64,000 nt of DNA. Source: Eledone cirrhosa (lineage: Eukaryota). The DNA is taken from NCBI GenBank assembly GCA_964016885.1, contig OZ024741.1, positions 303,428,001 to 303,492,000 on the forward strand. The letters are read 5' to 3'. A program made the translations under genes and the position numbers. This document shows positions 27,337 through 40,175 of the stretch, in pieces (position 1 is the stretch's first letter; each line of letters opens with the position of its first letter). The notes beneath the pieces are model-generated. The model ran no database searches. It was not told the origin of the DNA and saw only the letters and a list, made by a program, of their open reading frames with translations.

Positions 27337-27674
27337 ATAACTGACTACGTCTTGTCGTCGTTTTCGGAACGACTCGGTCGATGTCGACAATGATCGTGGA
27401 TATTGGCCGACCTCAGCATGTGTCCGGAAGCGTGAGAATGAACAAGCTGTCGCTTAACGAAGGACAGTTCGGTTTATGTAACACGTCTCTTTCACTACAC
27501 AGCTCATCCTTTAAATATGTGTACGGCAACAATGGCGGAAGCTCGATTGTAGATGAGAGTTGGGCGGTGACAAGAGGGCAAACAAACAAACGTAGACACA
27601 CCAACACATATGTACGCACACACATACAGCTATGGCCTATATATATATATATATATATTATACATGCACACACG

Positions 27675-27718
<44 letters not shown>

Positions 27719-27876
27719 CATGCACACACATACATACATACACACATACATACACGCACACACACACATATATATACATTCGTACAGAGATTGTATGCAA
27801 CTATATAGACATACAATATACACGGATCAATAGTAATACGTGCATCTCACATTTAAGTGTGTGGGTAAGGTGTCTG

Positions 27877-27911
<35 letters not shown>

Positions 27912-28022
27912 ATGTGTACATGTATATATACATACATTTATATATATTTATATATATATATAGATATATAAACACATACATAGACACACACGTATGAATA
28001 TACATATATATACAGACACAGA

Positions 28023-28063
<41 letters not shown>

Positions 28064-28092
28064 ATACACAGATACACACACACACGCGCACG

Positions 28093-28128
<36 letters not shown>

Positions 28129-28191
28129 GTATATGTGCGCGAGTATATACATATATGTTTGTGCGAGCGCGCGTGCCTGTATATATATATA

Positions 28192-28373
28192 TAACGAAGG
28201 AAATGTGGTAAGGAACCAGGTGGACCATAACGCACCAAAGTACTCAATACTTAGGGTAGTAGAGTGGGTAATAGGAACAAGTAAGACCCCGACGGCTGAG
28301 CTCAAGCCGTTTCGACGAGTACAGAATTAGCCGTCGAAACGGCTTGAGCTCAGCCGTCGGGGTCTTACTTGTT

Positions 28374-28378
<5 letters not shown>
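28192..28378. repeat. ~130-bp dispersed repeat in (TA)n (also 28833-28995, 30124-30268, 31260-31348, 48762-48891), often with fold-back ends
   Basis: Shared sequence GTGGTAAGGAACCAGGTGGACCATAACGCACC...CCCCGACGGCTGAGCTCAAGCCGTTTC. Confidence 0.85.
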
Positions 28379-28412
<34 letters not shown>

Positions 28413-28574
28413 TCTTTTACTCTTTTACCTATTCCAGCCGTCCGACTGAGGCCATGCTGGGGCAAGAGCCATCTCTTTATTTATTTCTATCACATATCTT
28501 CTCTCTTAACGCGCAAAGAATATGCGTATCTTTTGCAATGCTGCTATATCACACGTCTGTATATATATAGAGAG

Positions 28575-28611
<37 letters not shown>

Positions 28612-28704
28612 CATACTTACACATATATGTATGTATATATATATATATATATATATATAGTGACGAAACATAAGTCAATTGCATGAACTCATAATCCTTT
28701 ATTT

Positions 28705-28760
28705 ACTGCTATATATATTTCGATGATAGCCATTGAATGGCTATGACCTCATCAGGCAGT
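28705..28760 (-). ncRNA. Type I hammerhead ribozyme (same family as 38678-38733)
   Basis: Minus strand ACTGC-CTGATGA-GGTCATAGCCATTCAATGGCTATCATC-GAAA-TATATATA-GCAGT. Lies within repeat 28660-28820, which matches 38620-38780. Confidence 0.85.
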
Positions 28761-29375
28761 TAGTCAGTTCTTAGATATGCCAGCTCTGTGTGTATAGTGT
28801 TGATGGTATCAGAGCCTTATAGGAAAATGTTTAACCCCGACGGCAGCGCTAAAGCCGTTTCGACGGCTATTTCTGGAGTCCAGCTTGAGCTCTGCCGTCG
28901 GGGTTAAAAATGTTCCTATATATATATTACCCACTCTACTACCCTAAGTATTGAGTACTCTGGTGCGTTATGGTCCATCTTGTTCCTCACCATACTGAGA
29001 GAGAGAGAGAGAGAGGGAGAGAGACGGGAGAGAGAAAGAAAAAAGCTGAGAGACATGGAGAGAGAGGGAGAGAAAAGATAAGAGAGATAGACAAGAAAAG
29101 AAAATAAGTGAGGGAGCAAAAGCGATACTGATAGATAAAGAAAAGAAATTACCTCTGTGTATGTATGTGGCTGTGTGTGTAAAAGAGAGAGAACAAGAGA
29201 TTACAAAACAGCTAGTGATGCTATAGAGGGTCAGGGATGAGGAGGAATAACGAAAGTGACAGAGAGATAGAGAGAGGGGGTGAGAGAGAGTGAGGAGAGT
29301 GAGAGGGTGAGAGAGAGAGAGGATGAGAGAAGGTGTATATGTATTTCATAGAGAGAGAGAGTGAGATAGAGATAG

Positions 29376-29442
<67 letters not shown>

Positions 29443-29452
29443 GAGAGAGAGA

Positions 29453-29493
<41 letters not shown>

Positions 29494-29774
29494 GCTTAGT
29501 GTTTTCACGGTGCGAAGAAAGAGAAAGTAGATGTAAAATCTTAGAAGGTAGAAGAGGTCACGTGTTGCTATTGTTGTTGTTGGTGGTGGTGGTGTTCGTG
29601 GTGGTCGTGGTGGTAGTATTGGTTGTGTTGATAGTTAAGAAGCAATAAAGAAAATTCGATCATTTGACGGTGATGTGATCGCGTGCGCGAGATCTTGGTA
29701 GATGAATTTATATTGACATTTTTTCCCTATATGTTTAAATATGAAAATATGTATGTTTATACGTATGCATTCAT

Positions 29775-29854
<80 letters not shown>

Positions 29855-29857
29855 ATA

Positions 29858-29923
<66 letters not shown>

Positions 29924-29963
29924 ACTATTAAATAAATGGAAACTATATTTATAAAGCCATATT

Positions 29964-30024
29964 TATTCTATTATATATATTTCAAGGGTACCAAAACTTT
30001 GGTACGCTCTCATCAGATAAAATA
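29964..30024 (-). ncRNA. Type I hammerhead ribozyme (second family)
   Basis: Minus strand TATTTTAT-CTGATGA-GAGCGTACCAAAGTTTTGGTACCCTT-GAAA-TATATATA-ATAGAATA, followed by AATAAA. Confidence 0.8.
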
Positions 30025-30094
30025 CAAAGTTTGTTTTATAAATATTCACATATCCAGGAAGAAGATCTTAACGGTTCAAGTTTTTCCTGGATAG

Positions 30095-30126
<32 letters not shown>

Positions 30127-30266
30127 CGAAGGAGTTGTGGTAAGGAATCAGATGGACCATAACGCACCAGAATACTCAATACTTAGGGTAGTAGAGTGGG
30201 TAATAGGAAAATGTATGACCCCGACGGCAGAGCTCAAGCCGTTTCAACGGCTATTTCAGTCCAGAA

Positions 30267-30350
<84 letters not shown>

Positions 30351-30469
30351 CTGTGTATAATTGCCTCCTATAATTTGTTCGTTCATTTCAACTATATGTA
30401 TATGTGTGTGTGTATTTTGCTTCTGTATTTATTTTCCAAGATTTCTTATCTGGAAACGTGCGTTGAAAC

Positions 30470-30820
30470 ATATATTGTTATACTTAGGGAGAGTCATGCT
30501 GCCAATAAAAGCACACGCACCTGTTGGTTTTCACAGATATATCATAAACTCCCAGACGGTTAGTTTAATAACTGGATGGTTGCTTAGACAAAGCTCTTTC
30601 AACACATTCTATGACCTCCTCAATGACTACCAATGTTGTTACTTTGTGTCTATCCTTTGTTTTGTCTTGTCAACTGAGTTGACGAAAGAGCTTTGACAAT
30701 CAACAACTAAGCAACCATCCTGTTATTAAACTAACTGACTGGGAGTTTATAGTAAATTTAAAACCAACAGGTGCGTGTGTTTTTATTGACTGCATGACCT
30801 TCCCAAAGTTTAACAATATA
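30470..30820. repeat. Inverted pLTR pair related to the Penelope element at 31572-32500
   Basis: Arms 30470-30587 / 30707-30820 are similar to 31572-31720. Degenerate hammerhead TTGAGGA..GAAA on the minus strand at 30587-30630. Confidence 0.75.
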
Positions 30821-30856
30821 TATATATATACATACATACATACATATATATATATA

Positions 30857-31095
30857 AGTTAAAACAATGAAATAAAAATTCAAGTCATTAGGAATATACT
30901 TCATGCTTTACGATCGTCAGCGGCTGACGATATACACGTAGGTAAATATATTCCTTATTTGATATTTTGTAACTAACCTTACATAGATTGATAACGAAAT
31001 ATGCGTACGATGTATTATTATCACCTAGAAACGATCGTAAAGCAGTGAAGTATATTTCTAATGACTTGAATTTTTATTTCATTGTTTTAACTTAT
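30857..31095. repeat. Inverted-repeat element (~60-bp arms) with GAAACGATCGTA hammerhead half
   Basis: Arms 30857-30917 / 31030-31093. A related motif is at 18620-18641. Confidence 0.7.
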
Positions 31096-31344
31096 ATCAT
31101 GACTCTGTTTTCCTTTTGATGTTTTATTGTTTTCCGGGATTTATTTTAACCTACAACATTTTCAACATATGGATTACATTGAGTTCTTCATGCAGACTAG
31201 ACACCACAACTAACCGTGGATATTTCTGTGTGTGTGTATATATATATATATATGAAAAGAGTCAGGACCTCGACGGCTGAGCTCCGGCCGTTTCGACACC
31301 TAGATCTGAACTAGTAGTATTCACCTGGTTCCTTACCACACTAC

Positions 31345-31414
<70 letters not shown>

Positions 31415-31571
31415 TGTGTGTGTATGTGATTCAGTGAATTACTGGTGGTGGTACCAAAGCGAGAATTCGGTGCACAGGCTGAGTGTATACATTAAGAAAA
31501 ACGGCGATACACAATAAAAAACTAAACACATGTAAGCGAAACGTCATCGTTTTTCTTTATATATATATATA

Positions 31572-32500
31572 TATATTGTTATACTTTGGGAGGGTCATAT
31601 TGCCAATAAGAAACACACGCACCAGTTGTTTCACTCCAATTTATTATAAATTAAATTATAAATTTAAAAAAATTTATAAATTTCCGGTTGGTTGGTTGGT
31701 TCCACAACCGGACGGTTGTTCATATATTGTCAAAGTTCTTTCGTCACACATTCTGGGACCTCTTCAGTGACTGGGGATTCTTTTCTTTGTTTTGTGCCTC
31801 TCCTTTGTTCTGTCCTACGCCATCTTGTTTTTGTGTGTGTTGTGTGCTTAGTTTGCGCATGTGTTACATCAGGGTGTCTGTGTGTGTTTTTATTTGTTTA
31901 TTTATTTGTTTATTTACATGTTACTAGTTGGTTGTTCTATGTGTGCGTGTTTTCATTTTGTCCTTAATTGTAAGTTGTGATGTTGCTATTCCATTCATGC
32001 TTTCTATTTAATTTTGGTTGGAGTTTATTTATATTTATGTTTCTGTGTCCTCTAATTTGCCGTTATGTTCTATTTTAGCATGTTGGTGGAGTACAGATGA
32101 TTCTTTTCTATCTTAAAGCTCTCACCAGTGTTCATTTAATCGTTCTCCTATACTACGAGCTGTCTCACCTATGTACACTATATTCTTATCTTTATATTGT
32201 CCTTCAGTACATCTTATGCTATATACTATGTTTCTAGTTTTGCAGTTAATATGGGGGCTTAGTTTACAGATTATGCATTTCTTATCTATACAGGGAGGTC
32301 TTTGAAAAGGGTATGTATTGCTTATAAGTGTTTTATGGGGGTACTTGGTCTTTCTACTATTTTAATATTTAGTTTAAGTTTATCTAGGGCCCTTCTAAAT
32401 TCGTAAGCTAGTTCACCTCTAGATACCAAGTGTAATGATGAACATTACACTTGGTATTTATTGCTATCATACCACGAGTTTATTCTATTAACCTTATTCC
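31572..32500 (-). mobile_element. Penelope-like element 3' fragment (GIY-YIG endonuclease + pLTR)
   Basis: Minus frame at about 32125-32340: CIDKKCIICKLSPHINCKTRNIVYSIRC...IVYIGETARSIGERLNEH*. A hammerhead lies downstream at 31729-31771. The element ends in (TA)n. Confidence 0.85.
31729..31771 (-). ncRNA. Minimal type I hammerhead ribozyme (Penelope pLTR)
   Basis: GTCA-CTGAAGA-GGTC...GAC-GAAA-GAACTT-TGAC. Helix I is GTCA/TGAC and both core boxes are intact. Helix III is weak. Confidence 0.7.
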
Positions 32501-32504
32501 TAGT

Positions 32505-34110
32505 TAGGAATTGATGGTGGTGGTGGTGATGGTGGTGGTGGTGGTGGTAGTGGTGGTGGTGGTAGTGGAAGTGATGGTGGTGATGGTGGTGGTGGTGGTG
32601 GTAGTGGTGGTAGTGGAAGGGATGGTGTGGTAGTGGTGGTGGTGGTGTAAGTGGTAGTGGTGGTGGTAATGGAAGTGGTGGTGGTGGTAATGGAATTGGT
32701 GGTGGTGGTGGTGGTGGTGGTAGTAGTGATTATCTGGTTTCTTGGACGTGATGATATCTAACATGTTCATAACAATTAAGTCTATATCAACAATAGATTT
32801 CTTAATTGAAATATAGTCGGAATGGCTCGGTCATGATGGCGGCTGCGGGGTTTGTAGTGAAAGTGTATGAAGAGGTTGTGGCGGTGATGAGGGGGATGAC
32901 CGTTGTGGTTGTGGAGGTGGAAGTGGTAGTGGTGCTATGGTGTGGCTGGTGGTGGGTCTGGTCATGGTGGTGGTGGTGGTGGTGGAGGTGGTAGTGGTTG
33001 TGGTAGTGGTGGTGGTGATTGTGGATGGTGGTGGTGCTATGGTGAGGCTGGTGGTGGATCTGGTTATGGAGGTGGTGGTGAGGTGGTGGTGGATTTGGTT
33101 ATGGTGGTGGTGGTGATTGTGATGGTGGTGGTGGTGGTGGTGCTATGGTGAGGCTGGTGGTGGGTCTGGTTATGGTTGTGATGGTGGTGGTGGTGGTGGT
33201 GGTGGTGGTGCTATGGTGAAGCTGATGGTGGGTCTGGTTATGGTGCTGATAGTGGTGGTGGAGGTGGTAGTGGTTGTAGTGGTGGTGGTGGTGATTGTGA
33301 TTGTGATGGTGGTGTTATTGGTGCTATGGCGAGGCTGGTGGTGGGTCTGGTTATGGTACTGATGGTGGTGGTGTTTGTGGTGGTGGTGGTGCAATGGTGG
33401 GTCTGGTTATGGTGAAGGTGTAGGTGGTGGTGTAAGTAGTGCTGCTATGGTGGGGCTGGTGATGGCGCTGGTTATGGTGCTGATATTGTTGTTGTTGTTG
33501 TTGTTAGTGGTGGTGGTGTTTATGGTAGTGGTGGTGTATGTGATGGTGGTGGTGGTGGGGCTGGTTTTGGTGCTAATAGTGGTGGTGGGGCTGATTTTAG
33601 TGCTGATGGTGGTGGTGGGGATGGTTTTAGTACTGGTGGTGGTGGTGACGGTGGTTTTGGTGATGATGCTGGTGGTGTTTGTGGTGTTGGTAGTTGGGCT
33701 GCTGGTTGCGGTGGTGGAGCTGATGGTGGTGGTGGTGGTGGTGGTGACGATGGTGGTCGATGTGGGGGTCATAAGAGTGATAGCTGCTGTGGTGTTGTTA
33801 GTGGTTGTGTTGTGACAGTGGAGCTGGTGGTGGTGGTGGTAGTGGTGGTGGTGTTGCTGGTTATAGTTGTCAAGCTGTTAGTGATAGTGGTGTTGATGTG
33901 GATGATGATAGCGGTGGTGGTGGCAGAGATAGTACTGCTGGGTGGTGGTGTGTTTGGTGACTGTGATGTTTGTAAAATTAGGGGGAGTAATGGTTGTTGG
34001 TGGTGATGTTTGTGATAAAATCGATGGTATTAACGTGTGTGGTGGTGATAGGTGTATGCGGAGATGGGGAGGGGTCACGTTACAAACTGATGATGGTGGC
34101 AGCGGTGTTT
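32505..34110 (+). repeat. (GGT)n-derived low-complexity block with a cryptic ~36-bp unit
   Basis: Recurrent GTGCTATGGTGAGGCTGGTGGTGG.TCTGGTTATGG between (GGT)n runs. Confidence 0.85.
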
Positions 34111-34322
34111 TTGGTGATTCCGAAAATGTCATAATAGTACTGGCGATAATTGCTTTAAAAAAGGAATACTAGTGTGAATGATATAGGGAGCTCTGACGTA
34201 TATAAGATAAAGATATAGATGAGTTCAAACACTCGACAGGTTTTCTGGAGTATAATATTCAATTATCTATCTATATATTAATTTCAACAATGTCATTATT
34301 CCGTGTGTCATAATTATCGATT

Positions 34323-36516
34323 CACTGGTCTGCGATGTTTTCAAGGTCTAACATATAATACATGATTTTAGGCCAGTTTTTTGCACTGAATCCAAAAATC
34401 ATGCTCACTTTACTCAATCAGATCAGGTTAATGAAATATTAGCACATTAAAAATATCCTAAATTCCGATCTATTTGTAGGTGAATAAAACGCAATATTGA
34501 AAATATTAGACTGATTTATTCACAGAAGGCTTACAAAATATTTTGAATAGATAGCAAGAAGAGTATAATGAACTAAGGAAGCTACTCATGGATGAATGGT
34601 CTCTTCAGGGACTTCCGTTTGTGCTGAGCAGACTGCGCATCCCTCTTTAGGCACCAGCAGTAGTCGGCCAGAAAGTTGACATCCCATCGGCCTTGATAGC
34701 GTTCCTCCATAACACTGATATCTTAGTGAAAGCGCTCACCATGTTCTTCACTGAAGTCTCCACAATTCTCTGGAAAATAGTCCAGATGAGACCGGAGGAA
34801 GTGCATTTTCACTGACACGCGCGCACCAAGTTGGCGGAAATTCTCCATTAACTCATCAACCACCTTCTGATACTGGGAACTTCTGTGGTTGCCAAGGAAG
34901 TTTGCAATGACTGACTTAAGGGACAACCAGGCAGAGAGTTCAGCAGGATTCAGTGCATCATCAAAACTAGTATCCTTGATGAGTTCCCTTATTTGAGGAC
35001 CATCAAATATACCTGCCTTAATTTTCTCCATGCTTTTTCGTTGAAACTTCTGCTGGAGGAAAGCAAATCCTCCACCTTCCCTGTCCAATGCCTTTACAAA
35101 GTTCTTCATGAGACCGAGTTTGATGTGGAGGGTTGGAAGCAATATCTTGCTCGGTTCAACCAGAGGGTGGGACAAAACGTTGTATGATCCAGGTTTTAAT
35201 CCTTGTCTTAATGGCCACTCTTGTCTGACATAATGCTGATCATCAGCACGGCTATCCCATAAGCACAGAAAGCATGGATACTTTGTGTAACCACCTTGAA
35301 GTCCTAGGATGAGTCCAACAACTTTAAGATCTCCACAGATCAACCATTTATGTTTCTGGTAGTTCAGAGCAGACAACAGACGTTCCATGCTTTTGTGGGA
35401 TTCTTTCATTTCAACTGAGTGCCCAACAGGGATCGATGAAAACGTGTTTCCGATATTCAGAAGAACTGCTTTGAGACTTCTGTTAGATGAGTCAATGAAA
35501 AGTCTCCATTCCATAGCATCATACTTCAGACCAAGTAATTCAATCAGGTCAGCAATATTGCTACAGTAGACCAGTGAAGATGCTTCATCAAACATGAAGA
35601 ATTTTCTAAATTCTCTCTCGCGGTCCCGATACCAATAGAATGTTGTTCCTGGCGCCAGTAGACGTTTCTCTCGAAGACGAGAACCCAGTAGCTGAGCAGA
35701 CTCCTTCGAAAGGTTCAGGTCTCGTGTCAGGTCATTGAGTTCGGCTTGGGTCAAAGGCACCGGTTGGTCGTCCTCTTCTGACCTGTATTCATCACACTTA
35801 GCTGTATCAATCATGTCACTAGATTCGGAATCAGAACTAGATTCCATGGTGACATTTGGCTCAGGAACAGGAAGATCGGGGCCATGGGGGACTGGCTTTA
35901 TGGCAGAAGGAACATCAGGGTATTGAACATGGTGCTTGTTCTTGCGATTGAAGGCCTTTTAGATTTGTCATGCAAAAGTAGCAGTCGGTAACGTGATCTT
36001 TCCCTTCCCTCCACACCATTGGGACACCAAATGGCATACTCTTCCTTTTCTTGTTCCTCCAATCCCGTAAGTTCTCTACACATGTTTTGCAGCAGATGTG
36101 GGGAGCGAATAGCTTATCCTAGTCCCCTAGTTTGACTCCAAAGTAAGCGTGATATGCCTTCTTCACAAAATCCGTGATTTTTGCTTGACGGTCTGGAAGA
36201 ACCACATGTCCGAAGATGTAACAGAACCTATTAGGATGGTTTTTACACTTCCGATCCATTTTTCTAGACCTGAAAAGAGAAATAAAAATAATTATTAAAG
36301 GTTACCCACGACCCGGTTTTGCAAAAGCAAAGCCCATAAACGCTTGGATTGCGATATTTTAGAAAAATATGGTGGAAAAGAAATAGACTATATCTTAGAA
36401 ACCACACCTGACCCAGAAAAATAAACTGTATTTTTGAATTCAGCATGCAAAAAGGGTCCTAAATCATTTGGAAAACCCTTGACCTTTTTAAAAAAGTTTT
36501 GAAGCGCAGACCAGTG
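34323..36516 (-). mobile_element. Chapaev3 (CMC superfamily) DNA transposon with both TIRs
   Basis: Termini CACTGGTCTGCG (34323) and CGCAGACCAGTG (36516), with an internal transposase. No perfect TSD seen. Confidence 0.85.
34582..36259 (-). pseudogene. Chapaev3 transposase, disrupted (2 stops, 1 frameshift visible)
   Basis: MDRKCKNHPNRFCYI..., HVTDCYFC, QAELNDLTRDLNLSKE, WRLFIDSS, TKYPCFLCLWDSR, LHIKLGLMKNFVKAL, EHGERFH*DISVMEERYQGRW..ADYCW. A splice acceptor TTTCTCTTTTCAG lies just upstream of the ATG. Confidence 0.85.
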
Positions 36517-37351
36517 TTATCATTGGTTCATAGGTTTCAAACGACTCCGCCCACCCCAACGACGCCAAACTTAAATTAATATGCATAATGCCAATGAGAG
36601 AGTGAGATGGGAGAGTAAGAAACAGAGAAGCAAAGTGAACGCTGTAACTATTACCATGTGTGCGTGTGTATTGTGTACGTGCGCGTATGTTTATGTGTAT
36701 GTATGTGCGCGTATGTTTATCTGTGTGTGCGTGCGTGCAGCGTTCCACAGAAAGTAAAAGCAATTCGACTTTATCAAGCAGTGAACTACAGCGGCGACGG
36801 CGTGCAGCCAGGAATGAAGAAAAACGGGCCGAACAGCGCCATCGGAACGCCGAACTTCAGAGGCGAAGACGTGCCGCCATGAATGAAGAGGAGCTGGCTG
36901 AACAACGGCAACGAAACACTGGAGCCAAGCAGCGACGGCGTGCTGCGATGGTTGAAGACGAACTGGCTGAGCATCATCTTTGATATTAATTATCTATATC
37001 TATATCTACATATAATATAAAAGATTGGAACTTCCATCATCCTTTTGAGAAATGTGGAACAACCACGTCTATGCAATGATACACGTTTTACAGTCAGGCA
37101 GAAGATGAACCATCTCCTAGAAGTTACTATTCTAGGTGGGAGCACCTAGAATTGTTCATATACTATGCACAAACGGTACAACGAAGAATCTGGTATATCT
37201 GGAGGATTTTTTTTACTGTTTTTTGTATCACACAGATACCACGGACTCGCCTCATACTGTAACCAGACAAACATCCAATACAGTCATTTTCTCTTTTACC
37301 TGTCTTCTCTTATCATCTGTTTACCCGGGCGAAGCTGGGTACGTCAGCTAG

Positions 37352-37656
37352 TATATATAAAACTGAGGATGTCTGTCTGTGTGTGTGTGAGTTCGAATCC
37401 CTAAAACTCGAGAACCACCCAACCGACTGTTTTCAAACTTTACACATGTAATACTTATGTTTCAGGGAGTGTTCTGAGCCAAGAAAATTTCAAATTTTCT
37501 ATGCCCCAGGGACCACATTAGACGATTTAGCGATCTCGCTCTATAATTCTTAGTCTTTCTCTTTTTAGATAGATACATACTTATAACGTCGCGCCCTTAT
37601 AATATCTGTCTGTATGTCTGTATGTCTGATGTCTGCATTTCGTCACTTCCTCTAGG

Positions 37657-37697
<41 letters not shown>

Positions 37698-38207
37698 TTT
37701 GAATCTCTAAAACTCGAGAAGTACCCAACCGATCTTTTTCAAACTTTACATGTGTATTACTTATGTTTCAGGGAGTGTTATGCACATTGAGGAGTTACGT
37801 CAGACTGATTTCCTTGAAATTGTAACTATGTATTAGTCAGTCTCTTCTTCATACCGTAAGCAAAGAAAATCCAACTTTCTTATGGCCTAGGGCCCGCATT
37901 AGGTGAAAAACTTCATTTTTTCAGCTTCTTAGGGCTTTTTTGAGGCGTTACATCTAGCCGATTTTCCCGAAATTTCAAGGCATATTATGCACATAAAAAA
38001 AATTACTTCTTTTGATCCCCTAGGGCCCGCATTAGGTGAAAACCTGCATTTTTCCTGCTTCATCGATGAAAATCTTAAAGATTATCCAGCCATCAGAGTA
38101 TTCGGTTTATTTTCTTTGCATATTGTCCAGGTATGCAGTTTTTAGGTCTACTGGCGGCCCGCGTTCCAAAATACCTTATCCCGTGCAACGCCCGGTACCA
38201 CTGCTAG
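37352..38207 (+). mobile_element. Non-autonomous Helitron, tandem to the previous one
   Basis: TATATATAAAACTGAGGATGTCTGT start. Internal direct repeats at 37375-37475 and 37660-37780. 3' CCCGTGCAACGCCCGG hairpin + CTAG|T. Confidence 0.7.
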
Positions 38208-38677
38208 TATTAAATAAATATGATATTTTATAAATATAGTTTCCATTTATTTAATATCATTGTATGTATATATATATGGTGGGTGTGAATGTATGTGCAA
38301 GTCAACCAACATTAGTCTTTTTATATGTAAATTTTCTAGTATTCTACTCTAACCATAAATTCCTCAATTTAAGATTGACCTGTAGTATCGAATTTCATAC
38401 TATAAACCCCAATTGAATATATATCTGACCATGAATGCTTTTTGTGAAAATCAGTCATATGGAACTATTGTCATCTTGCCTGATGGTTTGAACTTTACAA
38501 CACCACCTGCCTCTTTGAGGTCAAATGCCAACCCTACTAGCATCTACAAACTGACCAATGAGAATTAAGATTATTCCTGCTGACAACATTAAATTATTCC
38601 AAACAAGCTCATATGTCCCAAGGCTCTGATACAATCAACACCATAAACACAGAGCTGGCATATCTAAGAACTGACTA

Positions 38678-38733
38678 ACTGCCTGATGAGGCCATAGCCA
38701 CTGAATGGCTATCATCGAAATATATATAGCAGT
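38678..38733 (+). ncRNA. Type I hammerhead ribozyme
   Basis: ACTGC-CTGATGA-GGCCATAGCCA-CTGAA-TGGCTATCATC-GAAA-TATATA-TA-GCAGT. Palindromic helix III. AATAAA immediately downstream. Confidence 0.85.
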
Positions 38734-38792
38734 AAATAAAGGATTATGAGTCCATGCAATTGACTTATGTTTCGTCACTATATATATATATG

Positions 38793-39500
38793 CTAGCTAA
38801 AGTACCCGTCCTTTGTAGTTCATTAAACTAATACATAGAAGAAAAACGTACTTTATGTAAACATGAAAACCTTAGGCACTATTCCAGCAAAATAATTAAT
38901 ATGTGAGCTCGGTGTCATCCGTTATCTCATGTAACAACAGAAATCCAGTCTAGGTATAACAAAAGCGCATCATGAAATAGAGAAGTGAATTGAATAATAG
39001 ACACTGTTATGTACATAGGTTGGAATAACAATACAGATTGGACATAACAGGGGGGAACTGATGGATGAGCAAATCGTTATAAAAAGAGGTGGATGTTGGG
39101 TGGGAGCACTCATTGTCTTTTGGATTATTGAAGAGCAGATTTATACACAACATTTTTGGTTTTCCCGTCAGGAGCATAAATAAATAGGTTGTCAGGATTA
39201 CCAACTCGAGAACAGCCAACGTCATCAAAAATGAGTTCCTATTGTATTGACGAAAGATAACTCTTGTCTTACTTAATCACGAAAATTGACACAAATAACC
39301 GAAACTTTTTTAATGTCTCCAAAGGCCCCAATATAGATTTTTGAAAGCCTTTGTAGATCATGTACAGGTTTTGTGCAAGGAGAAGCTCTGTAAAAAATTT
39401 CAAAGAAATCGCATGAATGGTTTCGAATATATGAGCCCTCATTAAACATTGTCCACACACACATATACACACACACAGAAAACTTCATCTTTATATATAT
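38793..39500 (-). mobile_element. Non-autonomous Helitron-like element
   Basis: Minus strand starts TATATAAAGATGAAGTTTTCTGTGTG and ends GACGGGTACTTTAGCTAG. Confidence 0.5.
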
Positions 39501-39525
39501 ATACATACATATATATATATATATA

Positions 39526-39594
<69 letters not shown>

Positions 39595-39616
39595 GGGGGG
39601 GGGGCGATAAATAGAC

Positions 39617-39656
<40 letters not shown>

Positions 39657-40144
39657 TGATTGATTGATTGATTAATTGAAAGATATAGACAGACAGACGG
39701 ACAGAATGAATGACAAAGAAAGGAAGAAATAGAGAAAGAAAAGCGAAAGAAGGAAATTAAAAGAATGATGGGCAATGAGAAAGAAAGAAAGAAAGAAAGA
39801 ATGAAAGAAAAAAGAAAGAGAAAAGAAGAAAGAAAGGAGGAAAGAAAAAGAAAAGGAAAAGAAAGAATGATTGAATGAAAGAAAGAAATGGAAACAAAAT
39901 GTAAGAGAGAGGGGGGGGGGGAGAACGAGAACGAAAGAGAGAGAGAGGAGGGAATGAAAGAGAAAAAAGAGAGAGAGAGTGTGTGAAAGAAAGAGAATGA
40001 CAGAGAGAGAGAGATAGTGAGAAAGAAAGAGAGAGAATGAAAGAGGGACAGAGAGAGATAGAAAGACAGAAAGAGATAGATAGAAAGAGAGTGAGAAAAG
40101 GGAGAGAAAGAGTTAGAAAGAGAGAGAGAAAGAAAGAGAGAGAT

Positions 40145-40175
<31 letters not shown>

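Larger units (their letters stand above)
34266..37351 (+). mobile_element. Internally deleted Helitron (interrupted by the Chapaev3 element)
   Basis: Probable 5' end A|TCTATCTATATATT. Arg/Glu-rich RepHel N-terminal repeats at 36780-36980. Pif1-helicase remnant KIGTSIILLRNVEQPRLCNDTR at 37020-37135, and TKNLVY. 3' hairpin TACCCGG-GCGAAG-CTGGGTA, then CTAG|T. The 5' boundary is less certain. Confidence 0.75.
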
